A stretch of 64,000 nt of DNA from Yuukianura sp. NJ FZ-2021. Its lineage: Eukaryota. Positions 1-25,961 of the stretch are shown here, piece after piece. The position numbers and the translations under genes are program-made. Below the pieces are notes generated by a model that had not been told where the DNA came from, did no database searches, and saw only the letters and a list, made by a program, of their open reading frames with translations. The DNA is taken from the NCBI GenBank assembly GCA_046563655.1, contig CM102287.1, forward strand, positions 5,890,001-5,954,000, written 5' to 3'. Positions within the stretch are counted from its first letter, which is position 1. Every line of letters starts with the position of its first letter.

Positions 1-477
1 AAGGCGACACTGCGTCAGTTAATTACAGGGGATGTGCCTCAAAGGTCGAATGCTAATAACATAAAAAAATTCAACGCATAGAATATTAAACATCCTGCAT
101 AGTATCTTCATCAACCTCAAAAAGTAAAAGGCGAAAGATGAAAATCATTAAAGATGCAATCAAAATTTTACAATAGTAGGTTATGCCTGGTTGCAAAAAG
201 TTCAGATCTAGTAGGTTGGAAAGTTTATTTTTATTTGCGTGCAAAAGCCTCATCTTCCGACGGACAGAATCTCCATATATTAATGAAAAGCGAAAAAAAA
301 TGCAAAAAAAATATTTAAATGTCAAAATCCACAAAATCTTTGCGTTACTTGTGTATCCTCCCGGAACAAACTTAGTTAAAAGTGACCAAGTTGGCAAATA
401 TTCACAGCATCTTTGAACCACTTTTTTTTAAAGTTACACTTTCTCCTGGATTTCACATTTTTGAACTTCGGCCGTAG

Positions 478-572
478 TCATATTTCAAGTTTATTTTGAA
501 AAGGGCGTCATGTTTCAAGCTTATTTTTCGAAATTTGGGCGTCATGTTTCAAGTTTATTCTTTGAAAAGATT
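478..572. repeat. Short degenerate tandem repeat (~3 copies of a ~30-33 bp unit)
   Basis: (g)tcat(a/g)tttcaag(t/c)ttatt...gaaa recurs three times in a row. Confidence 0.6.
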
Positions 573-1958
573 GCACTTTCCAAAAACGACAAGCACCTTG
601 CAAATATGCAAATAATAAAATTCGCGTTAGTACTCAAACACACTACCCTCCAATTCTATTCATGTTCACATGCTTGTGTACATCCTATTGTTTACTTTCT
701 AACAAAAGTGGGACATGTAACGTCCTTTTGTATAACTTTCAATTTAGAAGCCTCTAGCTTTAACTGCTGATTGATTTTAATTATCAATTGGGTGGAGTCG
801 GTAGGAACAGAAGCGTAACACATGCATTTTTAATGGTGACGTTGATCGCAAAAGGTGATTTGTTTTCGTCAAAAGTCAGCGTGACATTTTGATTGGTGGA
901 GCGCTTTAATCTTTTCAATTGAAAACTCACATGTATAGAATGATTTTGTACTTTTTAATTTTGTGCCAAAAGTGATTATAATCCCCACGGGGTAATTCTT
1001 AAGGTTAATGATAAGAATCTGTTGGACATGGACTTAAAGACGAGAGACACTAGATTCATCATCATCCTTGATCTTGACTTGGCGGAAGGCATAATTGAGG
1101 CGTCGTTTCCAATCATAATCTTTGCCCATCCTAGTCCCTAATTCTAATCAACACTTCCATTCAGAGCCAAACTTAGGGAGTAATTACTAGTGAAACCTGT
1201 AGGGTGTGAATGCATCCCCTGCAATGTCAGGAACAAAGTCAGCAATCAGGGGACTTTAGAGACTTTGAATTGAGGAGAAAGGCGTCGGACGGGGAAACAA
1301 GATGAGATGTTGAGATCTGAAATATTTGGACTTCATTTCATTTCTTGTCATCTTTATCTGTTCGCGCCCCCATTCATTTCAAGGTGACAAAGAGCGACGA
1401 CGAGCAGGGAGTGAATGTATCTCCATATGTGTATCTCCATCACACTCTTTCCACTTTTAATTAATTCACACCTTCACTTCAAGTGTGTAAACGGGCATAA
1501 ACATTTAAGACTTTTAAACAGTATTTGGTTCAAAGCACCTCGGAACACCAAAGAATTTTTAAAACCAAATACTATAAAGAATTTTTGAACCGAAAAAAGC
1601 CGAAAATGAAAAAGTAAAAACCAAAATTCCCTTGACAACTCTATGCAGAACACTGCTTAAAGCTTTAATGCTTATTATTTAACAAGAACATCATGAAGTG
1701 AATCCTGGAAAGAAGGAGGAAGTCTGCGCTGCTGCGGTTTGCGACTTGTTTAGAAGAAAGTAAAGGCAGAAGGGATGACTGGAACTGGAAGGAGTTGAGC
1801 ATGAGCTGCTAGCATTCTGGATTGGCAGTGGAACAAACATCTGTTCACAAATCTCCAGCACTTCGTCATCGTCACCATTAACATAAACAATGATGTGGTT
1901 ATAAGACAACTGATCAATTCTACTGGACTTATTCTGCGAATCACGAAAAAAGAAAACC

Positions 1959-4085
1959 ATGGACAGCTCACGTCTCAATAAGTTTCAACGTCAGTACTGG
2001 GTGACAAAAGAAACAGTGCGCCGTAAGTTTGGCAAGAAGGAGGAAGACTGCATCGTTGCATCTGATGCCTCACTTGACGCGAAGTTGGAACTCTTCAAGT
2101 CCATCCAGGCAACGTCGTCCTTCATGAATAAACTGCTGGACAGATACCAAGAACGAATTTGCTGTAAATCCCATATCGCAAAGCCTCTCAATTAGAATAT
2201 TATTGAATTGTAGTGGAATAATGAAATTTAAAATTGACTGCAGATTTGGCACAGGAGCAAAATTCAATGGGGCGGTTTTTGAAGGAGTTTGGAAAGAGTG
2301 ACAAAACAAATGCTGGAAAGATGATGATTCAAATGGGAAAATCACTCATCTATGCAAGTCAACAAGAGATCACGCTTCGGCCGCCATTGCTCCGCCTCTA
2401 CCAGGAAGTGGAAACATTTCGGCATCGGGCAGTTGAGGACACATCGGAAACTATTAGGAACATGGAGCGACTACGAACGGAATACAGAGCTTCTTTGAAA
2501 TGGATGAAAAATGTGGTGAGCTGATAAAAATAGACTGCATGAGATCGTTGAATTTAAGAGTTCTGACTATTTGTTACTTAAAACCAATTAAGTGGAATCA
2601 TTAATCTTTCAGAGCCAAGAGCTCGATCCAGACACATGCAAACAAATGGAGAAATTCCGTAAAGTCCAGACGCATGTCAAGAAAACCAAGAGTCAATTCG
2701 ATAAGCTGAAGCTGGCATGTCTTCAAAAAGTGGATCTACTGGCTGCCGCTCGCTGCAACATGTTTTCACATGCCCTTATTCACTACCAAACTTGCACAAT
2801 GACGATTACGGAGAAAATTGCAAATATCTTCAGTACTCTCGCTCTTACCTTCAAAGGTGACGCCTTGTCGTTTTTTTTTTTTTGAATTGGACCTAAACTG
2901 GCATGTTGTTTGCAGGTTACCAGCACTTCGAATTTTGTGTCATCAAGGAGCTAGTTGAACCAGCACAACCTTCTGATCACCTTCTACTGGATTCGGAGAA
3001 GACGACTAATAACGTATCGTCTTCCGAGGGGGATGAATGCGGGAAGGAACCACAACAGGAAATCCTCTTAGACATCTCTAATTCTAACACACCCTTCGTA
3101 AGGCCAAATTTTGAAACGGCCGCCGAAAAGCTACGATCAAATGAGAGATTGCTTGAAAATTTACTTGGGGGTCCCCTGGAAACAAGCCCTGAGACGGACT
3201 CAGCACTGGAAGCACTAGATCTCACTCTTTCATGGCCGTCGGCGCGTTCTGAAGGTGATACTGGCAAACAGAGTTTTGAAGGAAGCATACGTAATCCCAT
3301 CGCTCAAGCGTATTTACCATAGGTTGTCCTTACATTACCTTTGCATTAACATTCGGTTTGATTCGACATTCCAGGAGGTGGTAATGAAAGTAGAGACAAT
3401 GTTTCGACCGCCACCGATCTGCTATCTGATGAATTTGAGAAGACTCCATTTGCATTTGAAGGAGACACTGCTGAAACCATGTCGCTCCTCAGCGAACTTT
3501 GGATTCCACAGAGTACTTCAACAGACTGCATTCCGTTGCAGAATTCATGTAAGAATTCATAACCAATATTCAGTCATTTAAGTAAAAGTTATGGAATTTG
3601 TGAGGTGCTTATGTACTAATCGTAAGAAGCAAAAGTTATTTACTTCTAATTAAAGTCTTCTTTTGTTTTAGTAACACCGCTTGTCGGAAATGGCGATGGA
3701 CTTCAACGTAATCCTAATAGTTCCAGCGTCTGTGCCTTCCTACCATCACAACTTTTGAATTTCGGTGGAGATTTGGGTGAAGGTAAACTCCGACTTTTCT
3801 CCATTTGAACACGCCTTGAAAAAGTCGTACTTTGAGTTATCTGTATCATATTTGCTTCGATTGTCGAATTCAGGGGACTTGCTGAATTTCACAACGATGC
3901 TACCTGTCGTTCCCACACAAGTGCCAAAACCAACGAAATCTATGGCGGCGACTGGTGTGTCTAATACTACCCCAGGCTCGACATGGTACGACATCTTTGC
4001 TGATTTGGACCCAATTGCAAATCCAGACGCCATAGGACAAAGAGAGGAGACAAAGGCACAAGCAGAAGACAACCGCTACTGCTAA
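1959..4085 (+). CDS. ICA1: Islet cell autoantigen 1 (ICA69)-like arfaptin-homology/BAR domain protein, 7 exons
   Basis: Exons ~1959-2163, 2244-2515, 2613-2856, 2916-3290, 3375-3548, 3672-3782, 3874-4085 join in frame at GT-AG sites. Motifs: KFGKKEEDCIVASDASLDAKLELF, SQELDPDT, QKVDLLAAARCNMFSH, FLPSQLL, and C-terminal WYDIFADLDPIANPDA. Confidence 0.92.
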
Positions 4086-4462
4086 ACTCTTTTACTTTTA
4101 CTGCCCCAGAAACGACAATCTAATCAAATTGCCTACCCTTGTCTACCAATATTCGTTACTTCTTTAGGTTTAAATTGTCAAACCAATATCCTTGATAACC
4201 TAGTAAAAGAATATACCGGAAGGACTTGAAACAAGGTTTAAAACGATTATATGTTCAATGAATTATCACTTGATATTAATCACTTTAATAAGTTGTCCTA
4301 ATTTAACTTTGAAACTTCGGTGTGAAACTGGCTTAGGCGCCATTTTTTTCTTCTTTGTTGCAGGATAATTTTTGGTTTCAAAAGAAGCATAGGCTTATTC
4401 CCTTTAGAAAAATTAAAATTAGAAAATTTTCTTAAGTACAGAAAGTGAGTACCCCTCCTGAG

Positions 4463-4713
4463 GACAATCTCAAAAATGGCTCTTATGAACGTTGTTCAGC
4501 ATCATGAGGGGAGTATTTTTTGGTCCTGTTGACTATGGACCCTATCACCACTCCATGAGGTCTCAGAGGTCATTTCCGAAACATTTCCGGAAAAAATTAT
4601 TGGGTTGAACCCTGACCTGATGGAGTGGTCTCAGGGTCATATAGTCAATAGGACAAAACATACTCCTCTCAAGATGCTGAACAACTTCTGTAGAGGTCAG
4701 TTTTGAGGTTGTC
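4463..4713. mobile_element. MITE/foldback-like imperfect palindrome (~100-bp arms)
   Basis: Left arm gacaatctcaaaa..gttgttcagcatc..gagta..gtcctgttgactat..accactccatgaggtc is the reverse complement of right arm gacctgatggagtggt..atagtcaataggac..tactc..gatgctgaacaac..ttttgaggttgtc. Non-coding; no clear TSD. Confidence 0.65.
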
Positions 4714-4932
4714 GGGAAGCTTCAAACTCGACACTTTTATTAGTTTTTGGACTTTAAACTCGCTGTGCGTGGTTTCACCTTCTTTCTATTCCGGTCCCAC
4801 TTTTGAAAGTTCTAAATTCTCAACTTTTGTGTTACTTCCAACTTCCTTCGTCCGTTCCGTCAAATTAATTCACCTTTGGTCCTCATCGTCATTGCCAACA
4901 CTCAACACTATTGTTGAACTCCGGAAATCACG

Positions 4933-6199
4933 ATGACAAGTATATTTAGCAGGATCATCTTGACAGCTCCCCGGTTCCGAAGTACGGTTCCGTTAAAAGG
5001 ATTCGCTACCGGTATGCGACGTTCAACATTTCTAACATAATCTAGAAGATTCGACGAGAAATTGAAGTGGACATTAGTTTTAATAACGTTGCTGACAATA
5101 TTTTTTAGGAGCATGGGAACATATAGAAACGGAAAAGGTCGGAGCGAAGAAGAACGTTGGTATGATTCGACTGAACAGACCGAAAGCTCTCAACGCCCTT
5201 TGCGATGGACTTATGAACGACCTTAGCGGAGCGCTTGATGAATTCGAGAAAGACAAGGACGTTGGTGCACTCATAATTACAGGCAACGGGAAAGCCTTTG
5301 CTGCAGGTACCAAAGCATAGTTCTTGATTCAATCGTTAGACTCCGAATGATGTATTAACGTATTTCTAAATCGAAGGGGCCGACATCAAGGAGATGCAAA
5401 AATTAGAATTCCATCAAGTTTTCAATGGAGGCTTCCTATCGAATTGGACACGCGTTTTAAATTGCAAGAAGCCGGTCATTGCTGCCGTGAACGGATATGC
5501 GGTAAGGTTCAGTTTGATAAAAACAATTATTAATTCAACTGCTATTTCCCAGTTTACTTCTGAACGCCTGTCTCTAAACATTTTAGCTGGGCGGTGGGTG
5601 CGAATTAGCCATGATGTGCGATATCATCTATGCCTCCGAACTGGCCAAGTTTGGTCAACCAGAAATCTTACTAGGAACAATTCCTGGGGCTGGTGGTACA
5701 CAAAGATTGGTTCGTTCCGTTGGAAAATCAAAGGCAATGGAGATTTGCCTAACCGGAGATCAGATTACTGCAACTGAAGCGGAGAAAATGGGTTTGGTAT
5801 GTTCTTTTTAACGAGAACAAGTTGCTAATCATTGGTTGAAACGATTTAACAAATCTGAATGTTTGTGATTGATTTAGGTTAGTAAAGTTCTTCCTCCCGA
5901 TCAACTTATCCCAGCAGCTCTCAAATTGGGTGAGAAGATAGCCGGACTCTCTAAGATGACTGTTGCCATTTGCAAAGAAGCTGTCAACAAATGTAAAATT
6001 TTATTTGACCTGGTTAAGTTCCAATTCTTATATTCGATTAATCATTTTTTGTTCAATGTTTTTAGCTTATGAACTTACACTTACTGAAGGTCTCAACTTC
6101 GAGCGTCGTCTATTCCATGCCACTTTTGCATCTGAGGATAGGAAAGAAGGAATGTCTGCTTTCGTCGAGAAGAGACCACCACAATTCCAGGACAAATAG
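4933..6199 (+). CDS. ECHS1: Mitochondrial short-chain enoyl-CoA hydratase (crotonase family)
   Basis: Presequence-like exon 1 [17 protein letters not shown]. Then [69 protein letters not shown] and [16 protein letters not shown] across GT-AG introns. Confidence 0.95.
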
Positions 6200-6451
6200 A
6201 TTCCTTCTAAAGAGCCAGACTCAATAATCCGAAATCCTTAACTCTAATCATCTATTTTTAGTACAGAAGGAAATTGGACTGATGAATGATTATATAGAGC
6301 TCAACTAATCAAACATTATTTTAATCCCAAACTCATTTATTCACTCAATAGATTACTTCTAACATGTCCTGAAGTAAAAATAATGAAAATAATTACAAAT
6401 TACACACAGTACTCTTGAATTAAGTGTCTGTAAAGTGTTCACTGACAATAA

Positions 6452-14271
<7,820 letters not shown>

Positions 14272-15087
14272 TTCGTTGTGTTACAACGTACAGGTCGGTT
14301 TCAATGTTAAAAACAATTAGTAGCGTGAGCGTCTGTTTCTGCTTCACGGTCCTCCTCCTCGGTAATTAATAACCTTCTTCTTCTACTTCTTCTAAGGTCC
14401 CGGCCGGCAGTAGAGCAACTGATAGCAATGTTACTGATAACGACGACACTCCAGCATCCGTCTGTCTTACCGGCTACGCTAAATTGTACAAAAAAAAAAC
14501 AAACAAAACAATTTTAACCTTTAGCAATGAAAAGGATAAGTTTAATATTATACCTAATATCGTTACAACAGACATTACGATTACTGTGGTAGAGAATTAA
14601 TAAACAAATGAATTGTGTGTGATTAACTTACGATTAGTATTTAAGAAAGGTTGAAAATCAAAACAAAACAACCTTGCTGAGCGGTTTGCTTTTTCGATTT
14701 TCACTGCAGTCGGTTTTTCAACTCTTTTACCCGCTCTCTCCTTCACTCTACTCTACGACGCAATGTGATGTCTAGAGAGATGGCCTGATTCTGATATGAA
14801 ATGAAAAGTAAAGCCAAAAACGAAATCCAACGAATGGAAGGACGCGATTCTGGGTCTTGCTAATACACAGACCCAGCGGATATTAGCAGACAAGACAGGC
14901 AGGAGTGTTAAAACGTATTATGAGCCCGATAAACTGAAAAATGGGATTTTTAATAACAAAAAGCTTGAAACAATTAACACCTAAACAAAACTTGCTCTAC
15001 GTTAATCCATAACCTTAACCAGTACTAAATAAACCCAGTATTCTGTAACATAACAATTAACTATCCATCAACCGAAATTAAGTTTTT

Positions 15088-18000
15088 TCACTCCATGTCG
15101 TCTGCGTCATCCTCATCTTCAACGACTTCCTCGTCTTCCGCTGCATGCCTCTTCCTAGCGTAGGCTCGTTTTGCTGTAACCATGGGATGATCAGATTCTC
15201 CGTGCATCAAACTGTTTCTGTAAGTATACAGTGGCTGCCAGTGACTCCCCTAAAATGACACAGAACCCTTATGAACATAATGCTCAGCTTTTAAGTTATT
15301 TGTACGGTTTTTGAAAATAAATCATACGATTAACCGTAAGATTAGGAAATAGGCAACCAAACTAAAAACAAAAAGCAGCACCGCCACATCTTAGTAATAG
15401 ACGTGCTACTTTTTGTTTTAATTTCAGTACCGCAACGTAACTAACCTGACTGGATGGTGTGGCAGAGGCTACCCGATGATCCAAGTACTGCAAAACCACC
15501 CTCTTGTCCTGTTTCAGTAGTTTGTTGGTAAATTCAGCCAATATCTCTAGGAAATCCAGATTCGGGGGTGGGCCAGTGGGATCCCATTGGTTCTCAAGAG
15601 GATTCACGGAGAACAAAATACCTTCCTGGAACGAAAAATTCGCGACCAACATAATAACACTTTTCTGCACACAATACAAACAGACAATGACACAATCGTC
15701 AAATTTAACATACACGATGAAGTGCAGTGATAGCCTCCCGGTTCTTCACGGCATCCAGACCAAACGACAATGCAAATCGTTTCGCCAGATCCTTGAGTGC
15801 CACGAAATCCTCTGCCTGTCGGTCAACCATCCATCCATTGTCAGTTCGTGGTAATTCTTTGAACACTTTCTTCAAACTCAGGACCATAGTGAGAGAACAG
15901 TTAACTTTGTTAATCTCACGAGCTTTTCCAAGCGTTGCTTTGATGATGTCTCCATAATCCTGGTAATGCTGCAATATAAAATTTAAGTTAAAATAAAGAA
16001 GTAACCTACGCAAACTAATTTAAACTATTCTTCAAAGTATTGACCTACTCCAACATAGTGCTTGAAAACATCCGCAGCAGCCTTGGTAGGAAGAATATTG
16101 TAGACAACCAACTTGCAATACTGGGCCAAAAAGTTTCTGCGCTTATGAAGACGCTCGATTCCACCTTCGTCCTCGGGTTCTTTTTCATCAGTAAATACTT
16201 GTGACTGCATAAAGCTGCTGAGTTCATCTTGGAGTGCACTGTTCGCACGATACACTAGTGGTTCCATCCAGGAAGTTGTGGCCAGTTGATCGCAGAAGAC
16301 GACTAAAGCATCGCAAATAGAAGTGTACGCTTCTTCTCGGAATAGAAGTGACTCGGAATTCACCAGGAGTTCTTTCATTTCGTTCATGTAAGCTGTAATC
16401 TTCGCAGCCAAGTTCTCTACTTCAATACGCACAGTCGCAGAAACTTCTCCCTTCTCTTGAATATTCTTCAAATCCCATAGAAGAGCAAAGTAGCAGGCCG
16501 CAATAACAGACTTGACAGACTGAAAACATAAATTCATGATTAATCAACTGTTAAATCAACAAATAAAGTAATTGAGCTACTCATTTAGAACGCATAGTTT
16601 CAGAATTCCTTACTTCTTCTGGATAACGATAAAACTTTCCTTCCGATGTAGTTTTGTGAATGATTTGGAACAATTTATCCCATGCATCCCACTTCGCAAA
16701 ACTATGACACCCAGAGAAGACTGCAACCATTTGAAGACCCAGTTTGAGACCATACAGTTCATCCTCATTGGCTTCTCCGCCATCTTTAGTTGCTTCTTCG
16801 TAAGTGTCAATTGCAGAGTTTGCTTTTGCCCAAATCGTATCCAGGACACTCATGAGAGCAACTTCAGTTCTGCTGGACTTCCGAGCATCATCGCAGCAGA
16901 TGATTTCGAGTGACTTTGCTGTGACCTCCAGCACTTCTAAATCGTGATGAGAAACTGCAATTTCTCCAATGAGCTTCAACAGATGATCGAGGCTGCGTTC
17001 TTGACGAGAAGTGGTGTAAATTTCGAGATCAAAGTATTGTGGCAGTGTGAGCAGATTTACTATTTTCTCTCCATCATCCTTGTACTTTGAGATGAGTGCT
17101 GGAAGTGTTGGAATAAAGTGCTCTGTAAGGCGCGTCTTGTCATCGCTCACCGCCTTCAGTTCTTTGGCAGATAATATCTGAAAGTAACCAAACGCAAACC
17201 ACCAATCAATTACTAATTGTCGTGGATTAGATCACACACAATGATAACAAACGCTAATAAGAACAGCTTGTGATAACAGTTAACTCTGTCTGTACGTTTA
17301 ACGCTCACCTTCCGAGCTGGACCACGACCAATCGGTGCTTCTCCAGTGGCACATTGTTTCACAGCACAAACCATGATCTCAATGAGACAAGTTTCTTGCT
17401 TATCGTCCAATGCCTCTTCGGATGGTCCAGGATCCTCCAGCAGCAGATCTGTCATGCACTCCCAGTCTTTTATCATCGGATTTGATTCAATCAGCGAGTC
17501 GACTAAATATGCTCCATGTTCATGTAGTTCCGATTCGATGAAAAATTGAACCAAGTCACGAATCAACGGAGTATTCGGAAGTCTTTGTTTTCCGTGTAAG
17601 GTGCGCACGTTTTCAACAGCCCCTTCGTCCAACACGAACAGACGCTCGTTCAAGAATTCACCGGCAGCCTGAGCCACAGCTCGCTGGCTTGAATACACCA
17701 ACTCATATACCAGTTCACAGTCCTTGTCGGATAAGATTTCACGATGGTATCTAAAAAAAGTGCAAGTTATAGCTAACATTTGAAGTGAAATTTTAAGTCA
17801 TGCACTTTGCTATTTTTACTTACTTGTGAATGGAAATGACGAGTTTGACGGCTTGCACTGCAACTTCGTAGTCTTTGTCAAGTGTCATTGCAACAATTCT
17901 ATCCTTGAATTTGGATGTGAAAAGTTCCAGCTTCCCTTTGAGTTCTTCGGAAGCATAGAGAGGCTGTAAGGCCTGGATACACTTGAGTCGAACTTCTCCC

Positions 18001-19427
18001 ACCTTGTCATGTAAGGTCCAACCGATGTATTTTAGATACGAGTCATCCAAAAAATTCTGGTGGAATTTTTTCATCCAGATTCCAATTTCTGACATACAAA
18101 TGGATCTGATTTCCGGTAAGGTGTCTCTGTATCGATGAACGAAGACTGACTTGAACATATACGTCAAAACGTTCTTAATTTCGTCCATGTTCTCTTCCAG
18201 TTCTTGGCGCTTGACCATAAGCGACTCCAGCCGATCCGTAGCCCGTTTTCCAGTTCCTTTTTGCCTCTCTGCTTCATACTGGCGCTGTGTGTTATCCAAA
18301 TTGATGGAAACTGTCAACGCCACATCCACAAGAGCAGTCATCAACTTCATTGCTATAAATCATAAAAAAACGCAACGAATTAGTCGAATGAACGAAATGA
18401 AAGACGAACATTTGTGTAACAAGTTTAATCAGCCATAAAGAATTACTAACCTGCCAACGTTGCGGTATGTCTGAATGCTCGAACTTGTGAATCAGATAGT
18501 CCAGTCAGTAGTGAGATAACGTTGTCCATGAGATGTTGGTCGTAAATTATGCTGTACTGACATTGTTTCACAAGGGTTTGAACGAAGTCACAAAAGTTGG
18601 ATCTGAACTTCTTCCATTGAATGCCGGACATAACAAGCGGATACTCTCCACTTTCCTCGTCGAATTCCTCCGTCATTTTGCGAATAATAGCAGCATGCTC
18701 CATGGAATTTTGCATTTCAGCAGTAATTTTTCCTTTACAGCCTGCACTGCTGATGAAGAACTGCATCAGCACCAAAATGGTAGCATCTCTGTTCGTCTTG
18801 TATTCCTCAATCCAATCATCTACCAACTGTTGCAAAGAAACTTTGCTTGACAGTATGGCGTTGTACAGTGAATCTTCATCTTCAGTCGGTTCCGGCGGAG
18901 CGACGGATGGAACTGACGAGGATTTTCTTCCAGCGGTTCTGCCACGCTTCCTAGGTGGAGCTGAATCTTCACTCGGTGAGAGTACGGGTGCTTCGACTGC
19001 AGCGGCTGCCGCTTGTCTACCACCACGTCGCGTGTTTCTCGCTGGTGTTTCGCTTCCTGGTGCTTGTGTCATGGCTTGTGCAGCTCGTTTTGAACGTCTG
19101 GGCCGGGTTGAGACATTGGGAGAGTAAGTGTCATCAGATGCGTTCGAAGCAGAGTAAGACACACTTCGGTCTCCATCATTTGTTGATTCCATGCGCGATT
19201 GATCACTGTATGTACTTCCTTGGCCTTCTGCGTCTCCTGGAGTCGCCGGACTTTCAAATTCGGGAGGAGGCGGATCATCTAGATATATTATACTTGTTGT
19301 ATTTTTTGTTATTTATGGTTAGCGTTTAGGTCTAGGTAAGTTGTTAGAACGTCACGATTGCAAAGTAAACAAACCATGTTAACTTACCCATACGTATCCT
19401 CTTCCCTGCACTCCGTCTGAGCATCAT
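15088..19427 (-). CDS. STAG1: Cohesin subunit SA / stromalin (STAG family)
   Basis: Exon 1 [17 protein letters not shown] domain [79 protein letters not shown]; acidic C-terminus [10 protein letters not shown]. Confidence 0.95.
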
Positions 19428-21479
19428 CGTTCTACTTTAATTAACCCTTTTGGTATGACAAATCAGAAATCCAAGCGGGAGTCTGGACGAAAACACTAAA
19501 ATTGAAACGACTTATGTGGTAAGACAAGTTAAGATTAGGAATCCAATACTATTAAAAACCTGTCACTCTCACCTGAATCAACAATTAATCGCAAATTCGG
19601 TAATCGGTATCCACTGCTAAACTGGAGTAACTGGCCGTCATTCGGCTATGTAATTTAATGCTTATCCCGCTCCTGTGTTGTTGTTGTTGCTCTTGCTAGT
19701 GCTAATGTTATGCTTTTGTTCACAAGTTCCACCACCCTCACACCCTTCGCTCCCTCGCCCTCGCCTCGGCTTGTACGTACCTATGCTTGCTTGTGGCTTT
19801 CTTTTTCCACAGCTATCGCAGGGCTTCCCTAAAAAACGGATAGCGCATTCCAAGGATTTTTACGTGCACTGTAAGCTAAATGCTATACCCAGTATAGTAC
19901 CTCCGACTGCTATTTAAAAAGATGTGGATTCTATGGTTGTTGTCGAAGGTTACGTTTGGTTAGTACATACCTTACTAAATTGTAAATCAAAACGACACTA
20001 AATAAAGTCTGCCTTAAATTGAATTTTGCTTCGCTGTGCTTGTGCTAAAACCTACCAAATCCGTATTCCGCTGTTTAGGGAGACCCCTTTCAGCTTTTGG
20101 GACAGTATGACTATGAGGGGCGTGAAAGGGCAATCTCGTTTAATTTCAGAAGCCGTTATTTATTGTCGCTTGTTTGATAAATGAAAACATAACAAGTCTC
20201 ATCAACAACAGAGTAAAATGTACATTGATAAAAAGACCGTATCACTTTTAAGGCTTCTGTTGCAATGTTGACTTTAATTCGTTAATTAAATTTAATCAAT
20301 GCAAGCTAACTTACTACTTTACCCTGAAGGACACATTCTTTGAAAAACAGAACCTCTTTTACGCTTTCGTGGCAATGCTATATAAGCCCAAGGCGAAATA
20401 TCAAAGCAATACAGTATGACGTGTTCATTTTTTTTTCGTATTTGGACAGTATGGATCAGTCACAATAACCTAGGTAAGTGGTAGTCGCGATGCGGAAATA
20501 TGGTAACTTCGTGTCAAGCGACTATCAGGCAGCAACCGCATCTGATAATTAAGAAATTAGTGTAACAAATAAATATTTCTAAGGTTTTCAAATAAATTTG
20601 CAGCAAATAATAGGATTATCAGTTGCTGATTCGCAGCGCACAACTGCCGTGGCGCAAGTTATACGACCTTTTCGCAAACTTTTCTATCTCGTAAGTGGTG
20701 ATGACTAGTCTATACTGTCTGCTGTATATCTCATTAGGCCGAATATTGAATTCTTCAACGGCTAATAAATCTAAGTTAATTAAAATTAACTTTAACTCTA
20801 AACTGTGTTGCTGTTTGTGGCTGAGGAGAGCTGAGCAGACAGAGAACAATACTAGAACGGACATAAAGGCTGGGACAACATCTGCGATAAGGTTACCGTT
20901 GTTTTTAAGTTTACTTAATCAAGCAATTCATCCAATCCAAATAAAGATTACAGATTGTGAGATTGTATTGCAGATTCGTCATCATAACGTATTTCCTGCT
21001 CTTATCCAGTGACTCAACACAACCTACCTATCCCCTGCTTCATTCAAGCCAAAAATGTAAAGTGGTTTACGTTATGCGACTTCGACTTTGTTGCTTAACT
21101 AAAAGCATAAAATGAAGTAACATCAATCAAAGAACACAAACCAAATGACCACATCTTGATTTCTTCGGGTTCTGGCAGATCGCGGCAGTTTGTAACCTAG
21201 CCTTCATGACCGTTCTTTCACTGCTCACTGCGGACAAAGAGTTTAGAAGAAACACGAATGAAACAAGGGACCGGTAGACAAGCATCGCCGATTTACTATT
21301 CAAACCAAAGAAGGAAAAAAGAAAATCCAAGGGCACAAGTTTTTCTTTTTATCTGTGGGACAGAACCTACTAACTGCAGCATTAAGTCTTCAAAGACCAT
21401 TGTTAACGGAAGCCCATTGTCAAGTATCTCTTATTGTAACTGACGATTAAGAAGCTTTTTGTAGTCCATTTCCAGCACC

Positions 21480-25087
<3,608 letters not shown>

Positions 25088-25961
25088 TCCTGCTCCATCC
25101 AGCTACTCGTGACTTCCAGTAGCCAGTCACGTACGCTACGACATAACAACGGACTTATTAAGCCATACGTTACTCCCTTATTTTTGTTATCCCTTCGCAA
25201 ATTGTCAATGGTTGCTGTGCAATGAAGGAGTTTTAAATCAAACTGCAACCAAAAATCAAGAAAGCTGCTGTGATACACTCAAAGGACGCTAGGAACAAAA
25301 ATGTACTCGTAGAGAAAATGGTGTTTCCCGCAAATGCAATTTTTGATAGAAGGTACGTTGCTCCAAGAATTTCATTTTTGCCATAAAAGCGTCGTCTCCC
25401 AAGTCGTCTTCTCTATTAAGTTTGAGTCAAAAATCAGCTTTTAACCGTCGAACAACCTTATTTAATAAGACTTCCTTGTGTTACACACAGAAGTGAAAGT
25501 AATAAATGTTGCTAATCGTTTACTTTGTAAGATCGGAGTGTTGGAAAGTTCATGAACAAAAACGGGTTGACGTAAGGTTTAACGACCGTCATTGTAGCCA
25601 CTACGACAATCTGATGGCAACAACAACAACAAGTTGTTCAACAAGTATGTTGCCACTTCCTAGTCGCTGCAACAGTTGTCAGTCAGGTGTAGCCGCCAAA
25701 TATGGCTGTAGTAGCTACAACGACAGTCGTTAGTCCTTACCTGGACGCAAAAAATGCGACATTGAAAACGAGAGATTTGGTTACACAAAAATAAGGCTAA
25801 CTGCATCGACAGATTTTTGGCCAGTGTGAGTAGCTTCCCGGTGGAAAGTGTGGTGGATATTATTGCCATGTTCGTTAGTTACACAATAAGTAGGTTTGCA
25901 TCAAGTTTTAAAAATGGATCTCTTATCAGAATAAGGTAAGACTCTGCATAATGTTCGGGAA

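Noticed and set aside
86..770. Short ORFs at the window start
   Set aside because: AT-rich low-complexity translations with no motifs or coherent exon chain; possibly a repeat fragment that I could not classify.
19662..21443. Short ORFs between STAG and the mannosidase
   Set aside because: Probably divergent promoter and 5' UTR sequence; no coding signature.
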